Of a stretch of 64,000 bases of DNA, positions 31,087 through 46,468 are shown piece after piece. The DNA is from the human T2T-CHM13v2.0 reference genome, Homo sapiens. The stretch is taken from the NCBI RefSeq assembly GCF_009914755.1, contig NC_060939.1. The stretch is one strand, 5' to 3'. A program made the position numbers and the translations under genes. Each line of letters starts with the position of its first letter. The stretch's first letter is position 1. Below the pieces are notes generated by a model. The model saw only the letters and a program-made list of their open reading frames with translations. It searched no databases and had not been told where the DNA came from.

Positions 31087-32427
31087 TAAAGTGTAGGGAA
31101 AAAAATGTTTTTAGCCCCATGCCAGAAATGCTATATGCCCCTACATATTTTGGGTATTACAGTATTAATTGCCATATCTTATGGTAGAAAGTGGGAGGAG
31201 CCAAGCTGTTAAGCTCTTCTTATTTATTTTTTTTATTGCTTGGAAAATCAGTTATTGCTTTTCTAAAAATGAAACATGCGCATTGTGAAAATTTCTAACA
31301 ATCTAAAAACATGCAGAGTAAGATACAGGAAATGTAAATTGTTGCTCCACCACGCATGACCTCAAAAACCTGAGTAAGAAAATGAACACAAGTTGCAAAA
31401 AACTCAAATGAATTGCAGAAATTAGACTTCATTAATACATTCCCATTGCTGAGGAATGAAATGTCAGCATACCAAAGTCCATGGCTTTTCAATGCACTCT
31501 TCAGAAGTAGAAAACCAAAATTTAAAACAACATCGTCCATGAAGCCAAGGGAACCATTACACCAGAACATACAGCTCCTCCCTGGAATAAGCCTTCTGTG
31601 AACCTCAACTTTTCCTCTCTTTTAACATCAATGTTAAAATGCCTCCCTTCAGGGATACTAAGACATTTCACTTTTGAGACAGAGTCAAATAGAAAAACCA
31701 TCAAAAAGAAAGAAATTAATTCTGCACCTGGGTAGCATTATTTTTTCCCTGCTTGGAGTGTGTACTAACTTCAACCAGATCAATTCTTTCATGAAATGAG
31801 GGAGAAAATAAACTCTCCATAATTTTAAAACATATTTATTATGATAAAAACATGGCTCTATTTGTCATTTCTATTTGTGGAAAACTGAAGGCCATCTTTT
31901 TCTCTGTAAAGCTTTTTGTCTGCTACATTCTAGAAACATTATAACCTCTCCACCAACCAGAATGATTCTGTTTATGCAAATAAATATATTTTATGACATG
32001 TAAAATTAATTAGTTATATGATTATGCTTCAGTAATGACAATGTTTTGCACAATAGAAAAAAAGCTGATAAAATTTAAATTTCCATTTTTATATTCCAAC
32101 AAATAATTTAAATTTGTTTCTTGATTAATTCAATGTTTCACTTTTGAAAAGCAATTCACTTCATTTTGAAGTACATTTATATTTTCTTTAGTCACCTTAA
32201 CTGTTAGTTCTACTCAGCAAGAATTTACTGTCTTTTTATTCTTTTTCTGTTCTTGGTTAAATGTCTTCTGGTAGGTCACATTTTACCTATTTATGTCTTG
32301 TGTCATAAAAGCATTCAAGAACATTTTAAGGTAAAATGCTTGAATAAAATTATTTTAGTAAAAATGTAAAAATACATGTAAAATAAATGTAAACAAATTA
32401 AAATAAATGTAAAAAAAATAGAGTATT

Positions 32428-32755
<328 letters not shown>

Positions 32756-33166
32756 TTATTTTCAGTAGTTATAGATAAGAGATGAAAAAGACAGAATTTA
32801 GTTTCATACTTTGATGTCATTTTTTGAAACAATGGCCGATGGTACCTTTATCATTCAAAATTTTTCAAAACTCAAAGGACAGAAATGAACATATCAGGTC
32901 TACCAAATAACCTAAACATTCATTAATTTGCCATTGAACCTTATGATACACCAATTGAAATAAAACCTTTTTACAGCAAAGAAAATTCTAGTATTTGCTT
33001 TATGGCATTACAGTATCTTTTTTATTCAAGTGGGGCCTGAAAGTGCCAGTGTTCCTCCAAAAACATGCATGAATTTACCACATTTCCATATGAGAAATAA
33101 GAACCTGTCACTTGGCCTTGAAAAAAATATGACCATTAATGTAATCACTTAGAATAAAAAGAAAGT

Positions 33167-33415
<249 letters not shown>

Positions 33416-33861
33416 ATAGAAAGAAAGCACCATCATTAACTGAATTGGGATCCGTACTAATAATATCAGAGTAATTATTGTCTGGCACTACCAGGAAGCT
33501 GGGTGTTTGGGGTTAATCAGACACTTAAGTCTCTACTTATATTAACATGTGGATTTGTGATTTTATAAGATATTCACATTAATACTCTATCGAACTTAAA
33601 TCAATTTTTCTTGTAGAGGTCAGGAAGCATTTCTCTATCTTCATATTTGGATCAGAATCATCATTATGAACCATTTTACCAATGTTATCATATCCATGCT
33701 AGTTAAGAAAACATTCTGGTTGGTAAACTGTTGGGTGAACCATTTCTAAAATTAAAAAATGCCTGCCACAAAATAAGTCTGCTGCATTTTTATGAAAATA
33801 ATAAAATAAAAACTTTCATACTCTTTGGAAAAATGAGAAAAGCATTGATCAGTCCACTTAC

Positions 33862-33994
33862 AGTGAGCTCACAGAAATCCATGCTATCAAGGCTTTTGCT
33901 TCTGTGTAATCTCCCTTTAATTCGTCTTAAAGAGGGTTTTCCTTGGCTGACACTAGAAGTAGCACCATTAGGATTTTCAGAGGATGGCGTTACC
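33862..33994 (-). CDS. TJP1: Second coding exon (133 nt) of the long TJP1 isoform: (W)VTPSSENPNGATSSVSQGKPSLRRIKGRLHRSKSLDSMDFCELT
   Basis: Polypyrimidine tract and acceptor TTTTTTCTTTCTTGCAG|G, consensus donor ACT|GTAAGT. Phase 2 in matches exon 1 (TG+G = Trp). Phase 0 out fits joining to STAMEETAIWEQ of ZO-1 (recalled). Confidence 0.92.
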
Positions 33995-34226
33995 CTGCAA
34001 GAAAGAAAAAAATTCTTAAAAAGGCAGGTTTACAGGTGAACACATTTCTCAAGTTTGAGGTAAGCATTTACTCAAAGGCAGCTTTGGAAATGTCACACTC
34101 CTTTTTCCAGCCAAAAAGCTAAGAACCACAGCAGAGCTACATTCTATCAGATACCCTTTCTAACTATTTCTTAGCTAGTTAAGACATCTTGACAGGATTC
34201 AAATAGTACAACATTAAGATTTATTA

Positions 34227-34512
34227 GACTGTGGGTGGTGGCTCACACCTTGTAATCTCAGTACTTTCAGTGGCCAAGGCAGGAGGATCACTTGAGCCCA
34301 GGGGTTCGAGCCCAGCCTGGGCAATACAGGGAGACCCTGCCTCTACATATACACACACGAATAAAAAAATTAGCCTGTCCTGGTGGTGCATGTCTGTGGT
34401 CCCAGCTGCTTGGAAGGCTGAGGTGGGAGGATTGCTTGAGCCTGGGAGGTCAAGGCTACAGTGAGCCACCACTGCACTCCAGCCTGAGAGATAAGAGTAA
34501 GACCCTGTCTCA
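34227..34512 (+). mobile_element. AluJ
   Basis: Diverged dimer. Confidence 0.85.
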
Positions 34513-34959
34513 TTTATAAGGTTTTTTTTTAAAAAAAGATTCATTAAATATCAATTCTACAACTATTGAAGAAGCCATTAATATTAGACTGAAGTTTTCT
34601 AGGTAACTTAGGGGCATCTGCTTCCTTCTGGGCAGTTATTTATTCAACACTCAGTCCGGTGCCTAGCACACCCAGTACAAGTGAGCTATCATTGTGTCCA
34701 TCACAGATACTGTTCAGCATGGTTTTGTTAAGCATGAAAATAACATAAATCTAAACATGATAGCACACACTTAATTCAGCATAATTATGGAAACATGAAA
34801 ACACAGACAACAAGAAGTAGCAAATAGTATAAGCCATCTATAAAGTGCACACTGGAATACATGTTCATACATATACATACAGACACAGTAAATATCATAA
34901 AATAGACTAGATATGGCTACAGTTTAGAATAAAAGTAATACATCCATAGAGTTAAAACA

Positions 34960-36200
34960 TTTGAAGGGTATAAAAAGATATAAAAATGGAAAGTAAAAGC
35001 TGCCCTTTTCTCCCTCATCCCAAACTCCCCTTTTCCAAAATCAACCACTATTAACAGTTGTTTGTATTGTATAATCTCCCAGACAAATGCTCATGCTTAT
35101 ATACAGATGTGTTTATTTCCTTTTCAATTTTTTTACCAAATTGTGTGTATTGTCCTGCACCTTACATTTTTCACTTAATATATCTTAACGTTCTTCCCAT
35201 AATAATCCATACAGAACTATTTCACTCTTTTTAATGGCTAAATGGTATCCCATAACATAGATGTAATATAATTTGTTCAACTATTCCCCTACTAATGGGC
35301 ATTTAGTTTGTTTTCCTATGTTTGTTACCAAACCATACAGCAATGAACATCCTTGGCAACATCTTTGGGTACAAATGCATTATTTAGTTAGGAAAGATTG
35401 CTCAAAGTAGAAAGGCAGAGTCAGAGATGGGAGTTTCCTACATGCTGATAGGTAATACCTTTCCAAAAAGCTTTACAAATTTACACTTCCATCAACAGTA
35501 TATGAGAATACCCATTTGGGGGAGTCCTTAAATACAAGGGCAACTTTATCACTTTATTATTTTTATCACTCAACTTCTCCATGTCCTTCATTATATTTTT
35601 GTCTGTTGAACTGCTGATTCTGTATAAAGGACTATTGTAGGATTTCCCACCTTGAACATGGACTTGTCAATTAATCTATGTCTTTTAGTTTTTGCTTTTT
35701 ATATTTCAATTGTTTTTTATTAGATGTCTTGATGTTTATGACACATATCTTCTTAGGGATTTAATCTTTTATCATATAAAAAGACTATGCCAATTAAATA
35801 TTTTACCTTAAATGCCATTTTGTCTGATGATAATTTTCCCATCTACATTTTTATATTAACCATTTCCTGATTTATCTTGTGTTTGTATTTTCAAGTGTTC
35901 GAAGTCTCTCTCTCTTTTTAGTTTTTTTTTTTTTTAAGTTGTACCTTTAACTCTGGATAAGTAGCATGTAGCTGGATTTTTTTCTTTCTTTACCCAATCT
36001 GAGGGTTAATGTCTTTTAAGAGAAACTTAATCCATTCAAATTTATTGTTTTTACTCATATGTTTAGATCTATTCCTGCCATCTTGTTTTGTGTTTAATGC
36101 TTTCTTCTTAAGTTTCTGCCTTATTAATATGATTGAGTTTACTTTGTCCTCAACCACCCTAAGACCTTTTTCCCTTTCCATTCAGTAGTTTGAAAGTTAT
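34960..36200 (-). mobile_element. Old L1ME-like relic
   Basis: T-rich antisense L1 motifs (tttacacttccatcaacagtatatgaga; aatccattcaaatttattg). Confidence 0.65.
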
Positions 36201-36611
36201 ACATCTTATTAGGGAAACTCTAACTCTAGTTAGCTATATACACACATGTACATTAACATCTTTATATATGTATCCATCACACACGTATATGTACACACAC
36301 ACACACATAAACTCATATTTTCCTATCAACACCTAGGGCTCATGAGTATGCTCACCTCCTCCTAAACAAGAAGTGGCATTAGCACGTCTTCATTCCCCCT
36401 CTTTCCCAGCAACTCCACATCCCTACAAAAAGCCCCACCTTCCCTTAGAAATAGTGTTCAGGTTTCCTGGCTTCTTGTTCATACTTTTGATCTCTTTGCT
36501 CTTTTGTGATTCTTTAACTTACTTCTCCAGATTGCAAACTTGCTTTTTTAGTTTTGTGAATTCAGCCATTGTCTTTTCTATGAATCAGTAAATTCTAAAT
36601 TTCTAAAGTAG

Positions 36612-36919
<308 letters not shown>

Positions 36920-37999
36920 TGTATCTAGTATTTTTTTAATTAATGTAATATTCTCATGCATCTTTCCAAAAATAACCTTTTTTTCTTCTGAAAATCACCA
37001 TCTAATGTTTTTCTATTTTCTCAGGAGTTAGTTCTGTGTTTTAATTTGGTAATTCTCTGGGTACTGGCTTTCTTGAATTGTTTGGTGATTTTTAATGTCT
37101 ACTTACATTTGTATTGGAAAACATCCATTTCCCCACTGCGACTACTGTGGCCTGCCTTCAGGAACTCTGGCAGAGAGATGGGATACGCTGCCAGGTCTGT
37201 GAGGCAGCTTCTCTTGCAAGTCAGTAGCTACCTCTAGGACAGCCCTGCCTCTCTGACCCCAGTGCTCCGGACAACTGTAACGTTTTCTCTCAACAGATGT
37301 ATCCCTACCTACTAGTTACATTTCAAAGAGTCCTCAAAATTACGGGTCCACTGATGACATTCTTTATTGTTTACTCAGATTATTATTAATTTTGTCGTAG
37401 CTTTAAAAATTAATTTTCTTCTTTCATTGAATTTCTAGGGCGTCTTCCTTTCAATTGGCCTCCCAAAGTAAAATTTTACTGATGCCACTTTCATGATTCT
37501 TAGGATAAAAAGAAACATTGTACAGCTTTGTTCTCTTCTCCACAGGGTAAAAGCTTCCATGAAAACAATGAACTTTATTCAAAAGAGGACATATGGGAAA
37601 GAAAAATAGAGTTATAAAACTAAATACAAATCAACTTCTCATTTCTCTCTCACTTTATTTTGATAGCGCTGGTAGGTGTGATCATATTTTAGAAAATTAA
37701 TGCAAACATTTAATATAAATAAATAAATCTGTCTAGTGTTCTTCGTAAGTTTTTCTCTCATCTGACTTAGAAAGGCATCACTATTCTCCCTTTATGCCAA
37801 ATCTAGAAGCCTAAAAGAGCCTGTAATAAAAATTTATATCTACCAAATTTTATAAATGGCAGATAGTCAAGAAATTTACCAGGGTTAACTCAATGTAATA
37901 CTAAATCCAGTGACAAAGTAAAACAGAAAAATAAAATGATCATAAACAAAACTAGAAGAATAGATCCACTGCCCTCCCTACCAGGATCATAATAAAAAC

Positions 38000-38282
38000 A
38001 TGCTGTAATATCAGCACTTTGGGAGGCCGAGACATGAGGATCTCTTGAGCCCAGAAGTTTGAGACCAGCTTGGGCAACATAGAGAGATCCCGTCTCTACA
38101 AAAAAATACAAAAAAACTCGCCAGGCGGGATTGCACATGCCTATGGGTCCCAACTACTTGGGACTCTGAGGTGGGAAGATCACCTAAGGCCAGGACGTCG
38201 AGGTTGCAGCGAATGGTGATCATACCACTGCACTCCAGTCTGGGCAATGGAGTGAGACCATGTCTCAAAAAAAAAAAAAAAA
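38000..38282 (+). mobile_element. AluJ
   Basis: Diverged dimer with A-tail. Confidence 0.85.
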
Positions 38283-38965
38283 GTAATAATCAGTAGCGCT
38301 AAAGTGGTGTATACCAGGTGAAAATCAGCTCTGGACCTACCCTGCCCACAGACTCCACAGGAAGATGGTACCTTGTCTAAGAATTTAACCAGGCTTCTAC
38401 AGAGTAACTTCAGGAACTTTAAAGCTTTGACCAGATCTTTGGGAAGCTGAGGTAAACTGTTAAAAGGCATATGGCTCAATAATGACCCCCCTTTGTTTGG
38501 TGTGGAATAAAGAAAAGAAAAAACACTGATCTAGATAATAATGCAGAATATTAACTCTGGTGTAAGTAGAAGTGCTCTTGTAGGAATAGGTGAATTTTAG
38601 ATGTTGCTTCTCTTTTGTTTATTACTGTCTTTAAAAATATTTGTCTTGGGGAGGGGCGTGTGTGTTTCATTGTTTTCTGGACACTCACAAGAACACAGCT
38701 GCGTACCTGTAACTCAGGTGAGAAGAGCTATACAAAGAGCCCACCAAGGACAGTTCCATTTGACATGGAATATAAATTCTTTTAATCCCCTGGTACTACT
38801 CTTCCCCAGCCCTGATGGTGCAGATCTGAGCTGAGTAACTCAGACTTCAGGGATTATTCCCCGCATATTTAGGGGAATGGCCCTTTATGACAGGGAAATA
38901 AAGTTGGGAACTGATGTAGGGAAATCAATATTTAGCTTACAATGAGGTTTTACTTTTCCTAATTC

Positions 38966-39111
38966 TTTTTTTTTTTTTTTTTTTTTTTTTTGAGACGGAG
39001 TCTCGCTCTGTCGCCCAGGCCGGACTGCGGACTGCAGTGGCGCAATCTCGGCTCACTGCAAGCTCCGCTTCCCGGGTTCACGCCATTCTCCTGCCTCAGC
39101 CTCCCGAGTAG
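38966..39111 (-). mobile_element. 5'-truncated AluYb8/Yb9
   Basis: 7-bp duplication (CACTGCAGTCCGCAGTCCGGCC), GGGAAGCGG and GATTGCG diagnostics, pure 26-nt A-tail, 13-bp TSD tttcctaattctt. Confidence 0.93.
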
Positions 39112-40487
39112 TTTCCTAATTCTTAATTCCATTTTATCCTCCCTAGAGGGAAGGTGGGGAGAAAACTTCTGCCTCTCTCCACCTGCTTTGTAACTTCCCT
39201 TGTGAGAGTGTACTTTACTTGTGGGCATGGCTGATATGCATCAAACGCTGAAGTCCAGGGCCCACCCTCTCGTTCCACTTCCTACCCCTACCGGATGAAC
39301 ACAGACCACAGGCCTGGCCCCTGGAGGCAGTCCCCCACTTGATCTGCCCATTTCCCTTCTCTTCACCTGACACTGCTAGAACAGGTCTGGTCTGCACTGC
39401 AGCCTCCACCATCATAGCTCCCGAGGTAAGAGAGGAAGCATCCCCTCAGAGGCTTGCAGACCAGTGTGGCCTGCTCCAGCACAGCTTCCTAGACAGACCC
39501 TCATTTGGGTGATAGCCAGCACCTGCCCCAATATTATTAACAACCCAGAAAACTGTTAACATTTAGTTCTTGTTCCTTGAATGTATCTTCCCTGGTCAAG
39601 GACATGCAGGAGAAAGATATACACCAATCCAACTCCACCCATTATGTCACACCTACAAAGCTCTGTTGGGCGCTCTGCTGGCTACAGGCCAAATGTGGAC
39701 TGCTACATCTTTGACATGGGACTCGGTCCTTAGCAAAGTCATTTAAATCTGACAGAGATACAAATTTTCACTAGTCCAAAATACTTGCACCACAGTGCAG
39801 CACAACTTCTTGACATTCTGCAACCATCCCTCCCACACCCTTCCCTCTGCTGGAATGCTTTTCTACTCCCCATCCTTGAAAGCCCAATGTTCCCAGGAAG
39901 CCTCAGATATTCATTCCTTTTGTTTCCAACTCAGGAGCTTTGGCTACAAATATTTCTGACCATTCTAAGACAAACAACTCCCAAGCTCATCTACACCACC
40001 CATTTCTAATTTCCAGTGGAAAAGAACTCAATAATAACACAGAATCGGGCAAAAATAATCAAGATGGCAAAAACAAAGCAGTCACACAAGGACAAATCTA
40101 TCAACAAAGTAACATCTAATAATCCTTCTACAAGATATTTGTTTTAAGATACCAGCAACTGACAGCCACAGCCAACTCAAGAGAATGCTAATGAGTGACA
40201 GCAAAGCTGTCCCCTTCCTCCACTTGAGGGGAATTCCAAACAACAGTGTGAGCCAAGGAGCTGTGAGACACTGCTAAGTACAGAAGGGCAGCTGGCTTTA
40301 AAAGGATGCTAAATCCTTCTGAAGGACACTTCAGGAAAAGCTAGTAAAATGCTAATTTTTGTTTATAAGCATTGGACTTCAGAAAGCTTAATAACTCATG
40401 TAATAGGTTAACAGTAAATAGTCATCTGATGAACTTAGAAAAAATAATGTGCACAACTGCCAATAATTAGGTCATTTAAAAAATTGT

Positions 40488-40926
<439 letters not shown>

Positions 40927-41277
40927 TTATTCTCTCCTTCTAGACTGTCATCTCACTGATCAATTGTCTTTTGAACCTTGATCAATTGTATGAGTCTGAG
41001 CAAGTCAATGACCTAATTTGTAAAACCGAGAAAATACAGCCTCATGGGGTGCTATAAGTTAAATAATGACAAGATACTTGGAAAGCACTAATATAGAGTG
41101 CAGCAAGTAATAGCTCAATGAATAGCAACTCTTATTGTTTTTGGAATCTGATTATTAGATGACTACTTGAATGAATATACTGATAGTGCATGGCCTTAAA
41201 TAATCACTGAATCAAATAACTGGGGAAATGTTTTTAGAGTATAAAGAAAATGAAATCACACCCCCTTTTCTCCCTAA

Positions 41278-41584
<307 letters not shown>

Positions 41585-41699
41585 ACTGTAAATACTCTTA
41601 AAGCACTTAGTGCAAAACTCAAGACTGCTGATAGCAATAAATTATGAAAATATTTTTCACATTTTACATTAAAAAGGAGTAACTATTATTTGTGCCTCA

Positions 41700-42305
41700 T
41701 ACCTGCAGAACAGCAGCATAAATGTCACCTTACTTAGAATGTTACCATGTTTAGAAACAAAGTCTTTGCTGATGTAATTAAAGATCTCCAGATGAGATCA
41801 TCCTGGATCATCCAGGTGGGCCCTAAATCCAATGACAAGTGTCCTTATAAGAGACAGAGGAATAAGGAAGCAAGACTCAAGGATGTCAGAGGAGAGCTGT
41901 TTTAGTTGCAGTGGAGATTCTAATATGGCCTGCAGAAGAATCTGTCTGCATATGTATACATCATATTATAAAATGGAGCATTTATTTTATGAGTTCCTAG
42001 TTTATAATTTGAAATAAATTAAAAATTAAAAGTTTTAGTCTTTTAAAAAAAAGAGAGACAGGAGAAGACACAGAGACACAGAGACACAGAGAAGGTCATG
42101 TGAAGACAGAAGCAGAGAATGGATTGATGCAGCCACAAAGAATGTTCGAAAGAGGCAAGGAAGGATCCTCCCCTACAGCATTTGAGGGAGTGTGACCCTG
42201 CCAACACCTTGATTTTGGACTTCTAGCCTCCATAACTCAGAAAATAAATTTCTGCTGTTTTCAGCCACCAAGTTTATGTGATCTGTTACAGCAGCCCCTG
42301 AAAAC
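41700..42305 (+). mobile_element. MLT1B/C-type LTR interrupted by a ~190-bp insert
   Basis: gggccctaaatccaatgacaagtgtccttataagag ... ccaacaccttgattttggacttct ... ttacagcagcc. Confidence 0.8.
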
Positions 42306-42795
42306 ACAAAGCCCCACTGCTTCTTTTCATCGCTGGCAATTCCAGGGTGTCCCCCAAAGGAAGCCAGCAGGCTCTGCAAACTTATACCTACCTCAGGTAG
42401 AGGTAACCAGGCTTTGTTCTGTGTTCCTAAGTAATGATTCAGAACCAAACACTGCAAACGCCCCTGCTTTCTAAATTTCTTGAAGAAGGGGATGAGGAAA
42501 AGAGAGTTCCTACAGGCTCCACTGATGTGGGTCTGACTGTCTGCTTTAGTTTCCACCTAAGTTGGTCTGCAAATATAATTCTCCTTACGAGATTTGTAGA
42601 GCCAATCAGAAAGACAGGAGATATTGCACAAAGAAAAACTGACAGGCACAAATGCCCAAGCGAGATGGAAGTGTGGGAATAAGGCATGCAACCCTGCCCT
42701 TTACACTGGCAGAAGCCTTTCCATATAGACTGCAGTAAAGACAGAGAAACACAGATATATAAATATCTTCATATAAATCTTCACATATGCCTTGA

Positions 42796-43146
<351 letters not shown>

Positions 43147-43820
43147 TAAACAGGCACAAGCTGGTGCATTCCAAAGTCTTACAAGCATTGTTGATGTCTG
43201 CTATTGGTTTCCACCCACCACTCTAGAGTCAGGACCTACATCCTACTATCTTCTAGACATATGATGGTGCCTTATGTCTCCAATGCTCCATGTGCGGTTG
43301 CTATGAAACTAGCAAAATGAAACATTATCTAAAAAATAAATCCAAAGCGTATAAGAGAAAAATAAATCTGGCGGCACAATGTTCTCCAACTTAAGAATAT
43401 GAAGTATTCTACATCTCTGTTTAAAAGAGCCACTCACTCCAGAGTCTTCATAGAGCATACCCTTCCCTTTGCCGCTGTAGAATCAGATGAATGTTTGCAA
43501 GTTAACAATGAGTGGAAATTAAGAAATGATTATCTAAGATCATGGAAAAGCTCAACAAAAGCCTCTTGCCTTTTCCAGGCCGCCTCTTAGTAAGATGGTT
43601 TTTATCCCTGGCCCTAACTCACTGCCTACCTCAAACATGAATTGCTTGGATATAAAAGTTACCTGGATTTTATTTCCTTGTGTCCTCTCTTCAGAAATTC
43701 TGTGTTTAGAGAATGTGTTTTCAGAAGCAGAACCCCAATGATGGAAAATAATAAATATAGTTTCCTAACTTTGTGACCAAATGCTGCTAATATTGATGTC
43801 TAATAATTCCTCAAATATTA

Positions 43821-44158
<338 letters not shown>

Positions 44159-44224
44159 ATTTTAAACTGAACATTAAGAAAACAGATTTCCTAACATATT
44201 ATTTCCCAATCACAAATTATTAAG

Positions 44225-44450
44225 AATCCATTTATTCAACAAATATTTATTGAGAAGCTTTCTGGTACATTTGTACCAGACATCCGTTGCAGGGGTTTTA
44301 CAGTAATGGATGAAACAAACAAAAGCCCTCCCTCATGCAACTTACATTTTAGTGAGGAGAAGGGGAATATATATGAAAAATAAGTAAAATAAACAATGTG
44401 TTAGTTATTGATAAGGGCTCAGGAGAAAAGCAAAATGGGAGATATGACTG
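44225..44450 (-). mobile_element. L2 3' end
   Basis: catttattcaacaaatatttattgag motif. Confidence 0.65.
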
Positions 44451-44493
44451 CTGGTGCTGATATTTCCCATACCCCCATATACCATCAATCTGA

Positions 44494-44960
<467 letters not shown>

Positions 44961-45029
44961 ACATTAAAGTATCTTTTGCAGAATAAATTTATTTAAAAAA
45001 AAAAAACCAAATTGGTGGGGGCAGAAAGA

Positions 45030-45230
45030 CACTAACATTTACTAAGCACCTATTATTAAGCCAAGCACAGTGGTAGACACCTTTGTATTCATTATCAGAG
45101 TTGATCTGTGTATATCCCCATGAGGGAGATAACAAGATTCTCACTTTACAGAGGAAGAAACAGACACTCCAGGAACTTAAGGTCACACAGTAAGTGGCAC
45201 AACTGAATTCTGAACTTTGCTGTCCATATT
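45030..45230 (-). mobile_element. MIR
   Basis: acatttactaagcacct...tttacagaggaagaaacagac...aaggtcacacag. Confidence 0.7.
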
Positions 45231-46292
45231 TGTCTTACCTTCAAAATTCTCCACTTTTAGGATTCTTTTTCTTAACCCATCTTTTTCTTGGCTGATCACG
45301 CTATATACTTTTTTGGTAAGGATCACTCTTTCACACTGTCTTATACAGCAGGAATTACTTTCCTCATTACCTAAAAGCAGCCTCATCTCCTTTCTCTACA
45401 ACCTTAGGATTAAATTAGACTGTGCTCAATTGAATTGAATAAAACCTTTATGAACTACACTGACCACTAATTTTAAAATTAAAATGACCAATGCCATAAC
45501 TGGCATCTTTTTTCTGTAGTCATCTTCCCTTTACTAGGTTATTTCTTTTGCAAAAGAATCTTAATCCTAAATCTCAAGCCAGTGGCATACCTAGGTGGCT
45601 CCTGGGATTCCGCATGGATTACGGATTATTATTAATAAAATGCAATATACAATCCTGTAGATAATCAGCAACGTAAACCAGTAAGGTCCAGACATTTTTC
45701 TTTAAGGATGTTTTTTCCTCATTACCTCAGTAACAGTTTCCAGGTCGGAGGAACTGGAACGCATGCAGGTGGAATACAGTCCCTGACAATGCAATAATAA
45801 TTTCCCAACTTATTCCCCTTGCCTTGCTCGTCCTCTACTATGCACTCAGCAGCAGACGAATTTTTGGAAAATAACTGAAAACGCACACCGTGATACCAAT
45901 GAATTCTTCTGCTGTCTCCGCGAGAGCCTGGCTGGAAATTCTGAGCCAGAACCCGCCGTAATGGAGCAGAAAGGACAGACAGAGGCGGGAGGCCGACGCC
46001 CGGGTGCGGGTGCCAGGCGTCCCGGCCGCTCCCCGTCGCCCTACGCGCCGCGGGCACAGCGAGGGTCTCGGCGAAACCAGTCAGCGGGCACGCGGTACAA
46101 GGCGGCGCTCGGCCCTGGGCTCGGCCTTGGCTGCTGCGCCCCGCGCGGCGCGCCCCGCGTCCCGTCGGGCCCGACAGTCGCGGCCTCGCCCCCCGCCCGA
46201 CCGCCCCGGCCGCCGCTCGCTCTCCCACTCCGGCCCCCGCCCCGCTCCGCGCCTAGCCCGGCTGGGGCTCCGCGCCCGCGCGGCCGCCTCAC

Positions 46293-46465
46293 CACAGCTT
46301 CCTCTTGAGCGGCAGGAGGCTGCCGCGGTTGGAGGGGGTGACGCCGATGGCCATCTGCAGCACCGTCAGGTATTTCTGGTACTTCATCTTGTCCCCGCTC
46401 CGCTCGCGGGCAGGGCCCCGCCGCCTCCGCCGCCGCCGCAGACACAGCCCCTCCAGGCGCCGCAT
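46293..46465 (-). CDS. TJP1: Coding part of alternative first exon of the long TJP1 (ZO-1) isoform, MRRLEGLCLR7GPARERSGDKMKYQKYLTVLQMAIGVTPSNRGSLLPLKRKL+TG
   Basis: ATG at 46465 and a second in-frame ATG at 46387. The frame is open to the donor CTGTG|GTGAGG at 46293/46292 (173 nt, phase 2) and lies in a CpG island. Splicing to 33994 keeps the frame open. Gene identity is from recalled ZO-1 long-isoform sequence, not a search. Confidence 0.88.
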
Positions 46466-46468
46466 AGA

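Noticed and set aside
33731-34039. 102-aa plus-strand ORF
   Set aside because: Antisense shadow of TJP1 exon 2 with a non-ATG start.
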